Below the pieces are notes generated by a model. That model was not told the DNA's origin, did not search any database, and worked only from the letters and a program-made list of their open reading frames with translations. From Camelus ferus (Eukaryota), in NCBI RefSeq assembly GCF_009834535.1, contig NC_045707.1:54066001-54130000 (forward strand): a stretch of 64,000 nt of DNA. Reading direction: 5' to 3'. Below, piece by piece: positions 1 through 14,129 of the stretch; positions within the stretch are counted from its first letter, which is position 1, and each line of letters opens with the position of its first letter. Both the position numbers and the translations under genes were made by a program.

Positions 1-2289
1 TTCAGGGGATGTGGCCCTATGACCAGGGGAGAAAGAGTTATGAGTATGGAGGTATAAGTCCACTACCTACTCTGAAAACAGAATAGCTAGCAGGTCCAGG
101 ATTGCAAATTATAAAAGTAGAAACATCTCTTCATCTGAAAAGATACTCTCAACAGACACGCTTTTTTTTTTTAAAGGAAATTCTGAGAAGAGATGGATAG
201 CTAATCACCAAGTTAAAATTTGACAAGACATCACAGACTCTGGGAACTTGTGCCTAATCTTAATCGGGTCCCCTCTTGAGAAAAGCTCCTAGGTCCCACC
301 TCTCATCCTGGAAAGGAATAAAGGTGGTTAAATGATTCCTGGTTTCACACTTCACTGAAAAACTTAGTTTTTAGTGTCTGACAATTTCTCAGAGTCCAAG
401 TTCAACTAAATTAGGTCTCAGAAAGCTAAGCAATAAAAGGCTTGTACCCTTTTCAAAAATTATTTTTAAAAATATAATTGTAGTCCTGGTGACACCAAAA
501 AAAAAAGAAAAAAACAAAAAGAAAAATACTTCCTTTTATCAGTAGTGAGGTCAAATTACCAACAAAATGACTTTATTATACCCACTGCCAATCTTACATT
601 GTTTTTTTGCAGTTCACTTGGATGGAAAATGCACAATTAAGGTCTTTTCCATAGTCATTTAAAGGAAAACCTGAAATGTAATGTTAAACTAATTAGTCAT
701 ATTTGAAGATGAGCAGTTTAATGATGATCCTAAATGCTTTTGATTCTTTTTTGAGAGGTAAGTGGGTGTTAAATTATACAGCAAATTTGCTTCTCATAAA
801 AGGAATATTTTATAAAAATCTTTTACAAAGTTGGATACATTCTCATAATCAAATTTTGTAAGAAAAAAATCTGACAAAGAATGACTTAAAATTTCCAGTT
901 GTTGGAAAGAAGAATATTTTATCAGTTAATTTTCACCAGTCACAAAATCCAAACAAAATATTTGAGGTAATCCTGGGGAAAATAATTGTACTTATTTGAG
1001 AGAAAAACAAATTTTTCTAGTTTATAAAATGATTACAAAGAAATGCCAGTTATAGAAAGAAAGCTGGGGTATTTTGTAGGTAGCTAAAGAGATATATGAA
1101 AATTTTAAGTTAATCATCCTTGGAATTGACAGGATTTAGGGAGAAAACTGGACACATTTCTCAAGCCAAATCTTGTTTACAAGGATTACGGTAAAAGTCG
1201 TAATGCCTCAGAATTTGCAATTCAGTTTTCTCCTTTAATCACATTTATTTCTAAACTTTTTTTAAACTAAAAAGTCTAGACTAATAAGCACTAAATTTAC
1301 AAGGGCCACTTTCTGAAATAATTAAATTTCTATTCAATAAACTGAGGTCCCGTCTCCAGGTTTTGCTTAGTGGTTGAGATTTTAATGGGGCAATTAGTTA
1401 CTGGAATTAATGAAACAATAAAAGTATTTTGTGAAGTGCATTAGTAGGTTTCAGATCTTTATTCTATTTTAATTGTTTTGCACAAATTCATTTCTACTTA
1501 ACAGTTATTTATTTTGTATCACAACTTTAAAAGATAAAATGCCTTTTAATAATTGGTTTGCATATCAATGGGGAAAATTGATTAAAGAAAAAAGATTCAT
1601 TCCTCTATTATTAAAATAGGGATTTGAGGAGAAAAATATTCTATAACACATTCAGAGGAAAGTGCTTATCTGTTATTACTGATTGCACAAAAACTCTGAC
1701 TAGATTATATGACTAGATGAGATTAGATTAGATTTTATAATCGAGAAAAGTAATTATTTTAGAGAGATTAAGTTTACACAGTTTTAATGAAAAAGCTGTG
1801 ACTTGAATCAAGGTCCATCCTACACAACTCATGCTTCCATGCTATGATCAAATCCCTGTGAACCTGACTTCACAAGTGGATAGGCCTGAACCCCTCAGGG
1901 GACTAGAGGTGGAACTTCCCAAGTGTCAGACTTGGGGGTTGGCTGCAATTTACAAAACTATACTTGGCTTAAATTTAAATTAAAAAGAAAAGAAATGTGT
2001 GAGTAAGATAACCACAGAGCTTTATTGTCTCAATTGTCTGATGAATGCTAAAGAAATGAGTGTGAGTCTTTGTGTATGTGTGGCAAAAACAAAAATTTCC
2101 TGGGAATAAATGTCAAAATGCTTTTTAATACAGCCTGCTTTAAGGAAGAATGAGCTTTGTTCTCTGAGTTGATCTAAGGATCACACCATCCTATTAACAT
2201 AACTTGCTTAATACAAGAATGACATGGAGCTTATTTTAACATTGCCTTTATAAATTAAAAATCAGGACAAATTTAGGTTGTCATGAGGT

Positions 2290-2478
2290 ATCATGATTAA
2301 GAGCCTAGGCTTTGTCATCAGGAAAACCAGAGTTCAAATCTCAGTTCTTAAATTATTAGTAATATTTAGCAATTAACTTCCTTGTACCTGTTTTCTCCAT
2401 TGTAAAATTGGGGAATTATTAGTCATTATATAGTGGGGCTTTTTTGTGCAGCTTTAATGATATATAAAAATCTTAGTG
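2290..2478 (+). mobile_element. MIR SINE relic
   Basis: gattaagagcctaggcttt...gagttcaaatctcagttc...tctccattgtaaaattgggga resembles the MIR core. Confidence 0.65.
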
Positions 2479-3436
2479 CATAAATCTCAGCAAGTTCTCC
2501 TACGGCAATCTACCCAAGCAATAGAAATAAAAGCAAAGAAATGAGACCTAATTAAAATTATAAGCTTTTGTACAGCAAAGGAAACCATAAGCAAAACAAA
2601 GAGACAACCTATGTAATAGGAGAAAATATTTGCAAAAGATGAGACTGACAAGGGCTTAATTTCCAGAATATATAAATAGCTCATACAACTTAATACTAAA
2701 AAAACAAACAACCCAATCCAAAAATAGGCAGAGGACCTAAACAAGCAATTCTCCACTGAAGACATACAAATGTCCAAAAGGCACATGAAAAAATGCTTAA
2801 TATCGCTAATTAACAGATAAATGCAAATCAAAACTTCAGTGAGGTATCACCTCACACCAGTCTGAATAGCCATCATTCAAAAGTCCACAAATGATAAATG
2901 CTGGAGAGGGTGTGGAGAAAAGAGAACCCTCCTACACTACTGGTGGGAATATTGTTTGGTGCAGCCATTATGGAAAACAGTATGGAGATTCCTCAGAAGA
3001 CTAAAAATAGACTCACCATATGATCCAGCAATCCCACTCCTGGGGATATATCCAGAGGGAACTTTAATTCAAAAAGATACATGCACCTCAGTGTTCATAG
3101 CAGCACTATTTTCAATAGCCAAGACATGGAAATAACCTAAATGACTATTGAAAAATGACTGGATAAAGAAGCCTTGGTATATTTATACAATGGAATACTA
3201 CTCAGCCATAAAAATAATAAATAATGCCATTTGCAGCAACATGGGTGGACCTGGAGATCGTCATTGTAAGTAAGCCAGAAAGAGAAAGGAAGATATCATA
3301 TGGTATCACTCATATGTCGAATCTAAAAAATAAAAGATAAACTTATTTACAAAACAGGTTCACAGACACAGAAAACAAACTTATGGTTATGGTTACAGTG
3401 CAAAGGGGAAGGCATAAATTGGGAGTTTGAGATTTT
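2479..3436 (+). mobile_element. L1 LINE fragment (degenerate ORF2 C-terminus plus start of 3' UTR), lacking its 3' end
   Basis: aaatgctggagagggtgtggagaaaag (KCWRGCGEK), tatgatccagcaatcccactcctggg, ggaatactactcagccataaaa, atttgcagcaacatgg are hallmark L1 ORF2 3' motifs; ORF 2487..2831(-) is the typical antisense L1 read. Confidence 0.93.
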
Positions 3437-3566
3437 AGGCATAATGAAGGGAAGAGCTGATTTGTTTGAGTGATAATGACAGAGATGAGGTAACACTGAG
3501 GAAGATTCCCTGACCCAGATCAGCAACTGTCCACAATAGGGAATTCAGTTTTAAGAGTTATAAGAA

Positions 3567-3806
3567 TACCAGGAGAAAGGGGGTGGGAAGGGATAAATTT
3601 GAGAATTTGAGATTTACAGATGTTCGCCACTATATAGAAAAATAGACAAAAACAATTTTCTTCTGTATAGCACAGGGAACTGTATTCAATACATTGTAAT
3701 AAACTTTAATGAAAAAGAATATATGTATGTATATGCATGACTGGGACATTAAGCTGTAACCAGAAATTAACACATTGTAACTGACTATACTTCAACTAAA
3801 AACAAA
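3567..3806 (+). mobile_element. 5'-truncated L1 3' end with poly(A) remnant and TSD
   Basis: ctgtatagcacagggaactgtattcaat...cattgtaactgactatacttcaact; flanked by aagagttataagaa (3553-3566) and aagacttataagga (3807-3820). Confidence 0.9.
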
Positions 3807-3929
3807 AAGACTTATAAGGAACATACAAAATAGACAGTATTGGAAAAGCTAATAGAACCAATTAACCACCATTGGATTCTAAATTCTAAGTACTTTGTCT
3901 CAATTTCTTTCTGAGGATCATCAGAATAT

Positions 3930-4215
3930 TAACAGGGCTCTGTGTTGGACAGATTTGGATTGCGATCTTTGTTTTTCCACAAATGAGTTACGTGTACCTG
4001 GAAATTCTTTACCATCCTTGAACCCCATTTTCCTTATTTATAAGATGAGAATAATATTAACTCTTTTGTAGTCATGTAAATGTATATAATATGACATATG
4101 TTGATACTATACTACACTCCACGTAATGTGAGAGAAATTATCCCATAGGTTTGCTGTCAGATTGAATATATATAAAATACCTAGTAAGCAATCCATATAT
4201 GATAGCTATTATTTA
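3930..4215 (+). mobile_element. MIR SINE relic
   Basis: ccttgaaccccattttccttatttataagatgagaataata resembles the MIR core; ends with gatagctattatt. Confidence 0.55.
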
Positions 4216-4899
4216 ATATGAGCTTTTTTTTCTCCCCGTCTCCAGTCTGATGATTAATTACAAGCTCCAGGAGAGAAGGGTGGGCTGCTGTCCAGCCATA
4301 GCTGATATGCCTGTCCACACAGTCCATTTGAGTTTTGTGACACACCATTAGGAAAACACTGGTTTAATGTGTTGTCACAGAAAACACTGAACGTAGAGTG
4401 TTAGAACACATTAAAATATGCATCCTTTTTGAGGTGTGGCTAGCTTAGTGGAAATGTGCTGACATGAGAGAGTATGTTATTAATAACATTCTTGGAACAT
4501 TACTGTGTTTTGAATGGCATTTTGTCATTGCACAAGTGTATACATACAAGTAGCAATAGATTACTCATCATGAGAAATACTCAAAGCATAAACACTGCCT
4601 CTGATTTGTATTGCTCCCAGACGTTCACACATAAGGGAAAATTGAGTAAAATAAATATTCTCTGACACTCTTGGATAAATGATATCAGAATTGTCATTTC
4701 TTAACTATATTCTCTATTGATAAACATTATCTCTAAATAAAACAGTATCTCTATTTTCTAACTTTTCTCTTAATTTTGTGACCAAATGAACAATTTTATG
4801 GTGCTTTTATTGGAGCTGATATTCACAAATACCCTAGGCACTTAACTGTATCAAATTTACTTTTTCTGTTTCTAGGACTTCTAATACCTCTCATTTTCT

Positions 4900-5515
4900 T
4901 GTTCAAGAAATAATTGTGGGCAATGACCATATTCCACACACTGATGTAAGTGCCGAGGCTTCAACTGCAAACCAGTAAATGACATCCCTGCCCTCATGGG
5001 GATGACACGGGGGAGGGGGAGGGTGGGGACTGCTGGCTGAGGAGACAGATCAAAAATGAGGGAGCAAATAAAATAACAAATAAATGTACATAATGAGAGA
5101 AAATGCAATAAACAGTGACTAAGAAGTGCTGCTTAGAGAATGTCTGACTAATGAGGTAATACGGGAGGTCAGGTCTGAATTATTTTTAAAAGTTAGGTAG
5201 GAGGAGGAGAGCTGCAGGAAAGGATTTCTAGACTGAAGATCAGAAAACACAGAAACCTAGGGAAAAAAGAGTTGCACTTGTGGGAAGAGCACAAAGAAGG
5301 CTGACATGGCAAGAGTGAGCAGAACAGCAGAACTATGGGCCAGTTAGGCTGCAGCCAAATAGTGTAGGTTCTCTAAGCCCAAAGCCAGAAGCATGGATTT
5401 CATTCTAAAAATCTGGCAGGCCCGAAATAGAAGGTTTTATGCAGGGAAACTTGTGATTGATTTATAGCTTTAAAAATTAATCTGGCTGCTCTGTAGAGAA
5501 GAAATTGTAAGGGAA
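4900..5515 (-). mobile_element. L2 LINE 3' fragment
   Basis: catccctgccctcatggg...ggagacagat...gcatggatttcattctaa...ttaaaaattaatctggctgctctgtagaga resemble antisense L2. Confidence 0.65.
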
Positions 5516-5522
5516 TAATAGG

Positions 5523-5702
5523 CAGGATCAGTTACATAATTTGCAAGGTGCAATGCAAAATGAAAATGCAGGATCCCTTGCTCAAAAGCAAGCAAGAATT
5601 TCAAGCAAGTGAATGACAGAAGAGCAATTAGCCAAGGGCAGGGCCCTTCTGTGTGGGATCCTGTGAGATTGAACAGATTCCACTTCCATGAAGCCAGCTC
5701 TG
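5523..5702 (-). mobile_element. MER45A-like hAT-Tip100 non-autonomous DNA transposon
   Basis: caggatcagttacataatttgcaaggtgcaatgcaaaatgaaaatgcaggatcccttg...catgaagccagctctg matches the recalled MER45A reverse complement, about 180 bp. Confidence 0.8.
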
Positions 5703-8700
5703 GATTCTCCATCTTTCACTTGCTTTTCTTTCCCTACATCAGCTGTACCTTCTCTGATGGCTGGTCTACTCTACTTATGCCTAGCTTCTACTTGCCATAG
5801 TAGGGTTTGCCACAGGTGTAAATTCAAGTCCAATTTTGCATTAATTTCAACTTTAGAGGTCCCAAGCAACAACTTACAGTATAACCTCATTTTTCTCCTG
5901 AAATTCCCAAAGAGAAAATCCAATACATTCCTCATCCTCTAACAGATAGTTCTATCATGGACTGGTCACCTGCTGTCAGGGGTAAGTGGGAGTATCATAC
6001 ACGACAAAAATGGCCACCTGGACCTGCCTTGTGAAGTTTCTTCTCTGAGATGGTGGAGGTGGAAGGTCTGATTAAGGATGTGGTTGCAGTAAGAGTTCCA
6101 AAAATATATCTTGACTCACTTCTGTTTTCCAGAGAAAAATACAAATTTTAATGCAATAAACCCAAGGGTTTGACTTCCTGTTTAAAAAGTTCATGGTCAT
6201 TTCTAATTTCAAGTAAATAATTACTCTACATATATTTTCATGATATATGACCAAAAAAGAAGGTTAAATGTTTGCAAGGAAGAGATCATTGTTGTTTCTG
6301 TGGTGTTTATCATTGCTGAGTGATATGGATGCTTTTCTTTTACTTTAAAATTGCTTGTATGCCTTGATGACACAAAGAAATAAATAATTACCAGCTGCCA
6401 TGCATTGAGAGAATATTATCTTTAAAACTAATCATTAGTCAAACTGAAGATTGTCCTGTATATTATACAGCAGGATCATTACATCTTGTTTGCAAACCAA
6501 AATGTGATGAATCATGGACTATCAATGTGATAAATGGGAAGTCTGTGGACAACCTTCCTTCACACACGGACGTTACTTGCTCACTCCATAACTGAGGGAC
6601 AGTCAAGAGACTCATTTCCCTTCTTATACCTAAAATATGAACCAAAGGCAATGAATTTCAGCATATTCTGATTCCCCCAAGGCCAGTTTGATAATGAAGC
6701 CCCTAAGTGAATCCGAGCAAGGAGTTCACCACATTAGCCACATTTATGCAATGGCATGGCAGCCATTTCAAATGGAAGAGTGCAGTCTTACCATGTTTTG
6801 ATTAGATATAGCTCTAGCAGATTACAACATATAGTTTTGGTATGGGAAACAAGGTAGATATTTTTGAATATGACAAAGTAATACATTTTTAAAAGGGTTT
6901 TTTTTGTCCAATCATATGTTTGATTTTGTATGCCAAATTTTCTATTCTTCAAGTTTATTATCACTTGTAGTATAGCACCCAGACTATCTTCATCAGACTC
7001 CTGGAGTGGTGGGTGGTGGGGAGGAGGGCTTGATACAAACATAGATTCTGGGCCCCACTTGAGGAATGTTTAATGAAACAGAACATTTATATTACCTTCC
7101 ACCGCCTCCTCCCTCTATCACTACCACGGGAGATGATCCAAACATGATTCACAATAGGAAATGGCTTGTGCTCCCCAACCCAACCACCTAGTGTCTAATT
7201 TAAATTGTGTCTCCTGTAACCTTCATGTCTTCTTTGGGAGTTTGCCTTCTCCAGGATGACTGAGAATGGAAATGCCATCCCCTTGAGGGGACACCACAGG
7301 ACTGGGATCTTAGGTTCTGGCCTCATCAAAACAATTAATATCAGAACATAATACACAACCTATAACACTCAGGCTACTCAGACTTACACAGCCTTGAGAC
7401 TTGGTCAGGGAACTTCAGTTCCAGGTTGAGCAGCACAAAAAGCCAGGCCAAGGTTTTCTTTGGGTCTTTCCCAAAGATGGTGCTATTTGTACATCCTGTA
7501 CTTAGATCTCTGGTTAATCTCCCTCGCTCTGCACAGGTGAAAACAAACTATATTTTATAGGCACAGTTTTGTGTTAATCTATTAAATTAAGCATTCTTCC
7601 TTATAAAAAGAGACTCATCCCAGACCCAACTGCACACAACTGACAATAAAAAGACACAAAAATGGGATTTTTCCATTTTCCCTGTGAATCTGGATAGTGC
7701 TTGCTGTATATTTCTGAAAATAAAGAAAAAATCTTAAAGAGGTTTCCCCCCAAATAAAAATCTCTTTCAGGGGTAATTCACACCTTTGCTTCTTGTGAAA
7801 GGAAAAACTTAAAAACTTACAGCTTAGAACGGAGTTTTTACACATTGCTCTCCTCAGAATTAAAAAAACAAAAGTTAGACTTAATTTCCATTAAGGGCAT
7901 ATATTATATGTAATATATATTTTTCAAAATCCATACATGAAATTTAGATTTTAGAATCAATGTCACATTAAAAACATAGGTGTGTTCTTGGGTTTTTTGT
8001 CCTTCTTTCACAAGCATTTCTAATGTTATTAAATATTAATACCAAACATAATTCTAACAACTTCAGACAATTACTCACTTTAGAAATGTTTAGTGGGCAT
8101 CCTCCATATGCCCTGTGGTGCTAGGTTAATTGTAAGAAATGTACATCCTAGATTTCAAAGAGCTAGTCAATGTCTGTCATGTTCTTGGGGTAGTTGGTTT
8201 ACAGAAGATGATTCAGGGGCTATGCTTTAATATTAAAGTAAAACTATTTATAAATTTAATATAGAAATTTAGCTTTTCATCATTCCCATTGTCTAATAAA
8301 TATTCTGTTATTATGGCCCTAGTAAATTTCATGCCTCCCAACCTAAAATTAGAATTCAGAACTATTCACTAAGTTACAAACTTTAAGTTGAAATTTAAGA
8401 CAAATCTGTTAGGTACTCTAACATGCAAATGTCTCTTTAAATGATAATTGCTCTTAAAAAATGAAATATGCACAGATTACTCCCTAGGTAATACAAAACA
8501 CATAGTTCTATGGATGTGACTCAATTTATAATTCCTATACTTATTTCAAATATTTATTTAAAATATCTCAGTCCATAAAAATTAGAATTTCTATGCCAAT
8601 GCACTGACATTTCTATAAACCACTGAAAATTCTGTTCACATCACAGGATTTTTGTTTAGGTTTTCTTCCTAATTGCTTTTGGTGCTTATCTGTTGTGTGT

Positions 8701-10659
8701 GTGTGATTCATGAGAGATCAGTACATATTAATAATGCTTAACTATTGTCAAATATTTTAATACGTTATTGTGGTTGATTGGCATTTATATTTTTAAGGTA
8801 TTATCAGCCTCTCGTTTTGATTATATATGCATATACAGACACACACATATACATACAAATATGTATTTTTTAATTCAGAAGGAGACATTTTCAGGTGTTT
8901 TCTGAACTATATAAATTTTAGGGACCATTTATTACTAAATTATAATTTGTAAAATTTAGTCTGTTTTAATAAATTGTTAAAATGTTTAAAGGTTTAATAT
9001 TTCTAATAAATGGTGGTTATTAGTTATAGATGCTTTTCAATTAGTTTAATCATTTGCTTTTGAACAAAAAAACTGACTAAAAACTAATCAAGTATCCTGC
9101 TGATGCTCTTTGCCTGAATATCATATTACTGATTTTTGTTTCTCAAGGGAAGAGGATGTATATGTGTTCTACATTCCTACATTCTTCTTACTCAAAATGG
9201 AATTAAGTTTCTGAGGATTCAACGGTATATGAATAGAAGATTTCTAGTTTTTCCTATACCCACTTTTTTCCTGCAAATCGCTTGGTACAGTCGTGAAAAG
9301 TAATCATGACGAACTTAATTTTCTAAACTATTAGGAGAATCACAAGCCCAATTTTTGCGGTGAAATTTATTTGACATTCCTTTCAATATTATACTATGAT
9401 CTAAAACTAAAAATCAAAAATCAAACCAGTTTTTTTCCTAGGTCAAAGATGGAAGCTTCAGTAGTGCTAAAATGACTCTGAATGTTGCTTTTACTGAAGG
9501 GCTCAATGAATAGGAGAAATAATAAGGTTCTTGGCAATTTACACAAGTCTTACCTATCATTAGTGTATTTTTCTACATAAAAGTTAAACAAAATAAATAG
9601 ATTATATGTTTCTATAAAATATCTATGAAAAATTACTGTCCTAATTGTAAATATTAACTAGCAGTTTCAAAATGAAGATAGCCAAGTAGTTAACAAACCT
9701 TTATGAACAATTGCTGTGAAAGACCGCTTTCTGTTGGTATTTCCACGACCTCAATTTGCAAGAAAAGCAGTTTATATATATCATTAATCTTTAAAACAAA
9801 AAGCATTGAGTAGATAGGTCACACATCTAATAAATAGGAGCAAGAGCAAAGTCCAGAAGAATTTTTGCCTATTTTATTTAATCTGAAAAAATGGGGTAAC
9901 TGAGTCTTACTAAAACAATCACGCAATATTAATTTTGAAGTTTAATGAACTGAAATACTACTATCCTGATGCTAAGTTCTCTTCAAAGGCATCTTTCTGA
10001 ACTTTTTTTTTCAGACCAGTAGAGTTTTTCTGTTTTGTTTAGTTTTGTTTTTTTCAGACCAGTAGAGTTTAAATGAGGAAAATCATTCACTGGTTGGCCT
10101 ATGACTGAAGCCATGACTGCACTCACCAGTTCCCAAATTTATCCGGATTTATTCTATTTTACTCTTATTTATTCTATTCTATTATCACCCCAAAGATGTT
10201 TTTTCATCAGAATTAAGGAGAACTCTAAATAATACTATCCATTCTTATTGGACAAATCCTTGTTTTTCCCTTTAAGAACGATCTCAAATGTTATTCTTCT
10301 ATTTTGACCAGGCAGGCTAAGTACTTCTGTCATCTTTCACATTTCTTCTTGTAAATATCCCTGTGCACTTTAATGAAATGTTTACATGACTCTCCTCAAT
10401 CCTTCACACTAGGACTCTATTCCATTCATTCTCATAGCACCAATAACACTGTAATGGAAAAATAACAGTCCAGTAAATGCATAGGTGCTGCTGCCTGCCT
10501 TTCTCCTTTCTTTCATTTCTTCCTTCTTCCCTTTCTTTTCTTTAAAAATACAAAACCAATTCTAGAGCATAAAATGATTTTCTCTCATTGGGAAAATAAT
10601 ATACTCTGTCAAATTATCTTCACATTCATCATATATTGGCTTGTATACATCCCATTACA

Positions 10660-12305
10660 AGGCTTTATTTACACTCCATCACCCACTTCCCCACTCTCAC
10701 TCTCACCCACAAATCTCCTTATTTCACTGTGGGAGAAATAAAAAAGAAACAGAAGAAACTTTCCAACAGCTCCCAGCAAAATAGCTAAGACTCCTCCTTT
10801 TTGTGGTGAACCTGCTCCTTCTCGTCTCCCAGGACCAGCCTCTTCACACGTGCCCTGGATGCCATCCTTCCTAGCCTTCTCCAGAGTATCCTTCAAGCAA
10901 CTTAGCCCACTCCAGATACCAAAGACTTTCTCTCCTTTTTGGATCTTTCTCATCCATATGCTACCATTTTGGTTTTTCTGTATCCTAAAAATATCCTTTT
11001 TAGACCTGCCCTCCACCCCCGCACTTTACTATTGGTTATTGTCCTATTGCTCTGCTCTCTTCTATAGGCAAAATAAACAATCGTCTCCAAGGTCAGTCTA
11101 TATGCTCCCTGACTCCAATTTTATTCTTCCTGGTTGGCAGAATTCAAAGCTGGCCTCCAAGATCCCCTGCCTGTTTGGTGTGCACACCTCCGTCATCCCT
11201 GGGACTACGTGTATGATGAATGCACTACTCCTGCTCAGGTTATGTTATGTGCCAGGCAACCTGAAGACAGAGAGAGCATCCAGGTAAGTCAGGACTGATC
11301 GCACGAGCCCTTTAAGTACAGAGAGTCTTCTCCAGCTACTCATAGAAGAGAAAATCAGAAATTCAAAGCGTGAGAGAGATTTAACATGAGGGAAATTCTT
11401 CACTGCTGGCTTTACGATGGACAGGGTCGCATGGCCAAGAGTATGGGTGGCTTCTAGGAGCTGAGAGCAAGTCCCAGCTAACAGATAGCAAGGAAACAGG
11501 GGCCAACCTCAGGCCTATAACCATAAGGAACTGAATCCTGCCACAGTGATGTAGCTTAAAAGAGAACCCTGAGCTTCAGATGAGAAAAACATTGAGTGAC
11601 ACTGACTATGGACTAATAAAGGGGTGTTGTTTTCAACCACTAAATTTTTGGTAATTTATTACACAGTACTAGGAAACCAATACACTTCCCATTCTCCTTT
11701 GAACCCATCCCAAACAATCTTTAGCACCACCATTCCAACGAACAGGTCCTCTGACAAAACCTTCCACTTGTTCCCCATCTCACTCAGACTTAAAGTGCTT
11801 ACCACAGCTGCCAAAGCTCGTCTAGCTATCAGCTGCCTCTCTGATTCTGTCTCCTCCTGTTTTCCCCTTGGTTCATTCCACTCCAGCCACATATTCTTGC
11901 TCTTTCTCCAGCTTGGCAAGCTTATGTCTGCATCAATCCTTGGCCATTTCCGTTCCCTCTGCCTGAGCAGGTCTCTCTCTTCATATCTTCATAGGCTTCA
12001 AGTTTTGACGTATTTCAGACACAGTTCAAATCTCTTATCACGGTGGATTTCCATAATCACCTGAGTGATACATCTCTGTTCCACCTTCTCCCTTATTAAT
12101 CCCTGCACTTAGTTACCCAGCTCTATTTTTTCTCTATAAAATGCAATACTAGTTGAAAAATTCTATATGTAGCTTAAAATAAATAGTTTAAGGTTTGTTT
12201 CCTTTACCCCAGAATGTCAGTTCCATGAGGGTAGGGGCATTTCATTCACTGCCAGTTTCCCTACACCTCAAAAATTGTCTGGTACACAGTTGAATGAATA
12301 AATGA
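10660..12305 (+). mobile_element. L2 LINE fragment interrupted by an MLT1 LTR
   Basis: Pyrimidine-rich L2 body; terminal agaatgtcagttccatgagggtaggg...tgaatgaataaatga. Confidence 0.75.
11131..11684 (+). mobile_element. MaLR (MLT1E/F-like) solo LTR
   Basis: TG...CA ends, MLT 3' end ccactaaatttttggtaatttattacacagtactaggaaaccaataca, exact 5-bp TSD cttcc (11126-11130 and 11685-11689). Confidence 0.88.
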
Positions 12306-12879
12306 CTTCTTCAAGATGATGTTCAAACCAACTAAATGACCCAAAAATTTCTGTGTACTTTCATAGACCTGCTGCCAATTAAATAGTTCTGCTGATTTAT
12401 TCCCCATGACACAGAGCTCTGTAACTTGTCCCCCACCCCAGCTACTTGAGAATTCCTCGGGAATGTCATGTTTAATAAGTGCAATATATTTTAGGAGAAA
12501 GAGCACTGTTATCCTTCCAGAGTCAGATTCATCTTTAAAATGAGCACAGCTGTATGTGTCTTCCAAGGTCTTGGTGTGTTTCAAATGAAATACTATAGGC
12601 AAACCTTAAGTTCCATAAAAATTGAAGTGATAATTTTTTTATATGGTGATGTTTTTAATAGAGCATTATGACCAGCAATGGACGATAAAAGGACAAAACA
12701 ATAACAAATCAATTTCAGTGATCCAGATTTTGTTCTTTTACACACAGTGGTTATTCAGTATCTAACAGAGGAATTGTCTTACCTAGTTTTCTATCTCCTT
12801 TATTTCTCATAAACTGAAAATAATATAGAAAGACTTGATTGGACTCAAATTAAATATTTTTTGACAAGAATACCCTAGA

Positions 12880-13000
12880 TGATGTTGTGCATCGTATTTT
12901 GTACCACAATGGGAGGTGCATAACACCTGCCTGTGTTACTGTTGGCGCTGCTAAGATTTATTACAGTTAATCTGTTGTCAGCCAGATCTTCCTATTGTTC
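12880..13000 (-). mobile_element. Old L1M (L1MC-like) fragment
   Basis: gggaggtgcataacacctgcc...gctaagattt...tgtcagccagatcttcctattg resembles antisense L1MC 3' sequence. Confidence 0.5.
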
Positions 13001-14129
13001 CGTGCTAAATGAACAATGGCTAGAAAAAAGGGGAAAAAGGTTTTTTCCTCCCTGAGTTTTTTCTGAGTTTTAACAGATTGAACAATTATCACAATTTGCT
13101 CTTGATCCACTGCTGAGCCACAACAAGAGAAAAAGAAACAGACAAAATTATGACTCTCTCAGCTATAATCGTTATGCAAATAACTACTTATAATAACTTA
13201 AAAGCCTTTGTGAATATTAAGTTTACAATTGAGTTTTTGATAAAATATTTTATTAAATGAAATAGAAGCAGGAATCTAAATAAGGGAATCATATACCTCA
13301 AAATGTTAACAATTATATTTCTGAAGGCAATGTTTTTTCATCTAAAGTTAAGATTCTGTATATAATTTAATGCATGTTCTTTTGTCTCTTTCAAACACAT
13401 AATAAAGCCAACTAAGATACACAATCAGTTTATCAATTTCCTGTTAAGTCAAAGTCATACATACATTTTTACTTATTTTGAATATATAATTAGTAAGTCA
13501 AAGAAGTAAATATCCTTAGTTTTGTTCCTTTGTGTCACTCATCAATGTATAAATATAATAACCTTTGAAAATATAAGTCAAATATAAAAAATATCTGGTA
13601 GACTAATAATTTGACTGAGAAATAGAAAATTTAAATATTAAGTACTGTCTTCCTAATACTAAGCATAAACAGAATATCTCAAGTAAAGAAAAATAATTGT
13701 ATCACCTAATACACACCTACACTTGGATGATTTACTTCCAATTCCCATCTTAATAAACCATTAATAAAATAATCAGTATTCAGAGAATGAGTATACATAA
13801 TCTTCTGGCTTAGTAATGATTCAATGAGTATTCTGTTTGAATATATTTACCATTGATTGCCAATTAATTTTACAGAATTGACAAAGGAATCGAATATTTC
13901 TCCCCCTGCAAATACAAAATTATCTTAGTTACATCTGCTATTATCTCCAGTTAAGGATTAGACTGAATAGGTAACATTCAATTTGGAATTAGTCTTATCA
14001 TGACATTGTATTAAAGAAATGATGTATCTGTTATTAATTTCAAACAGAGTCTGAATGCCTTTTCCCTCCACACTGAGCAATCCCATCTCCACGCTCTAAG
14101 GGTACAAATATTAAACAAATATTAGGAAA

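Noticed and set aside
2487..2831. 114-aa hydrophobic minus-strand ORF
   Set aside because: Antisense reading of L1 ORF2, a well-known spurious membrane-protein-like ORF
6788..7042. Open minus-strand segment with acceptor and donor-like sites
   Set aside because: The acceptor region overlaps MER5-like sequence and the peptide looks like translated AT-rich DNA
10669..12064. ORFs of 86-146 aa on both strands
   Set aside because: They lie within L2 and MLT1 relics
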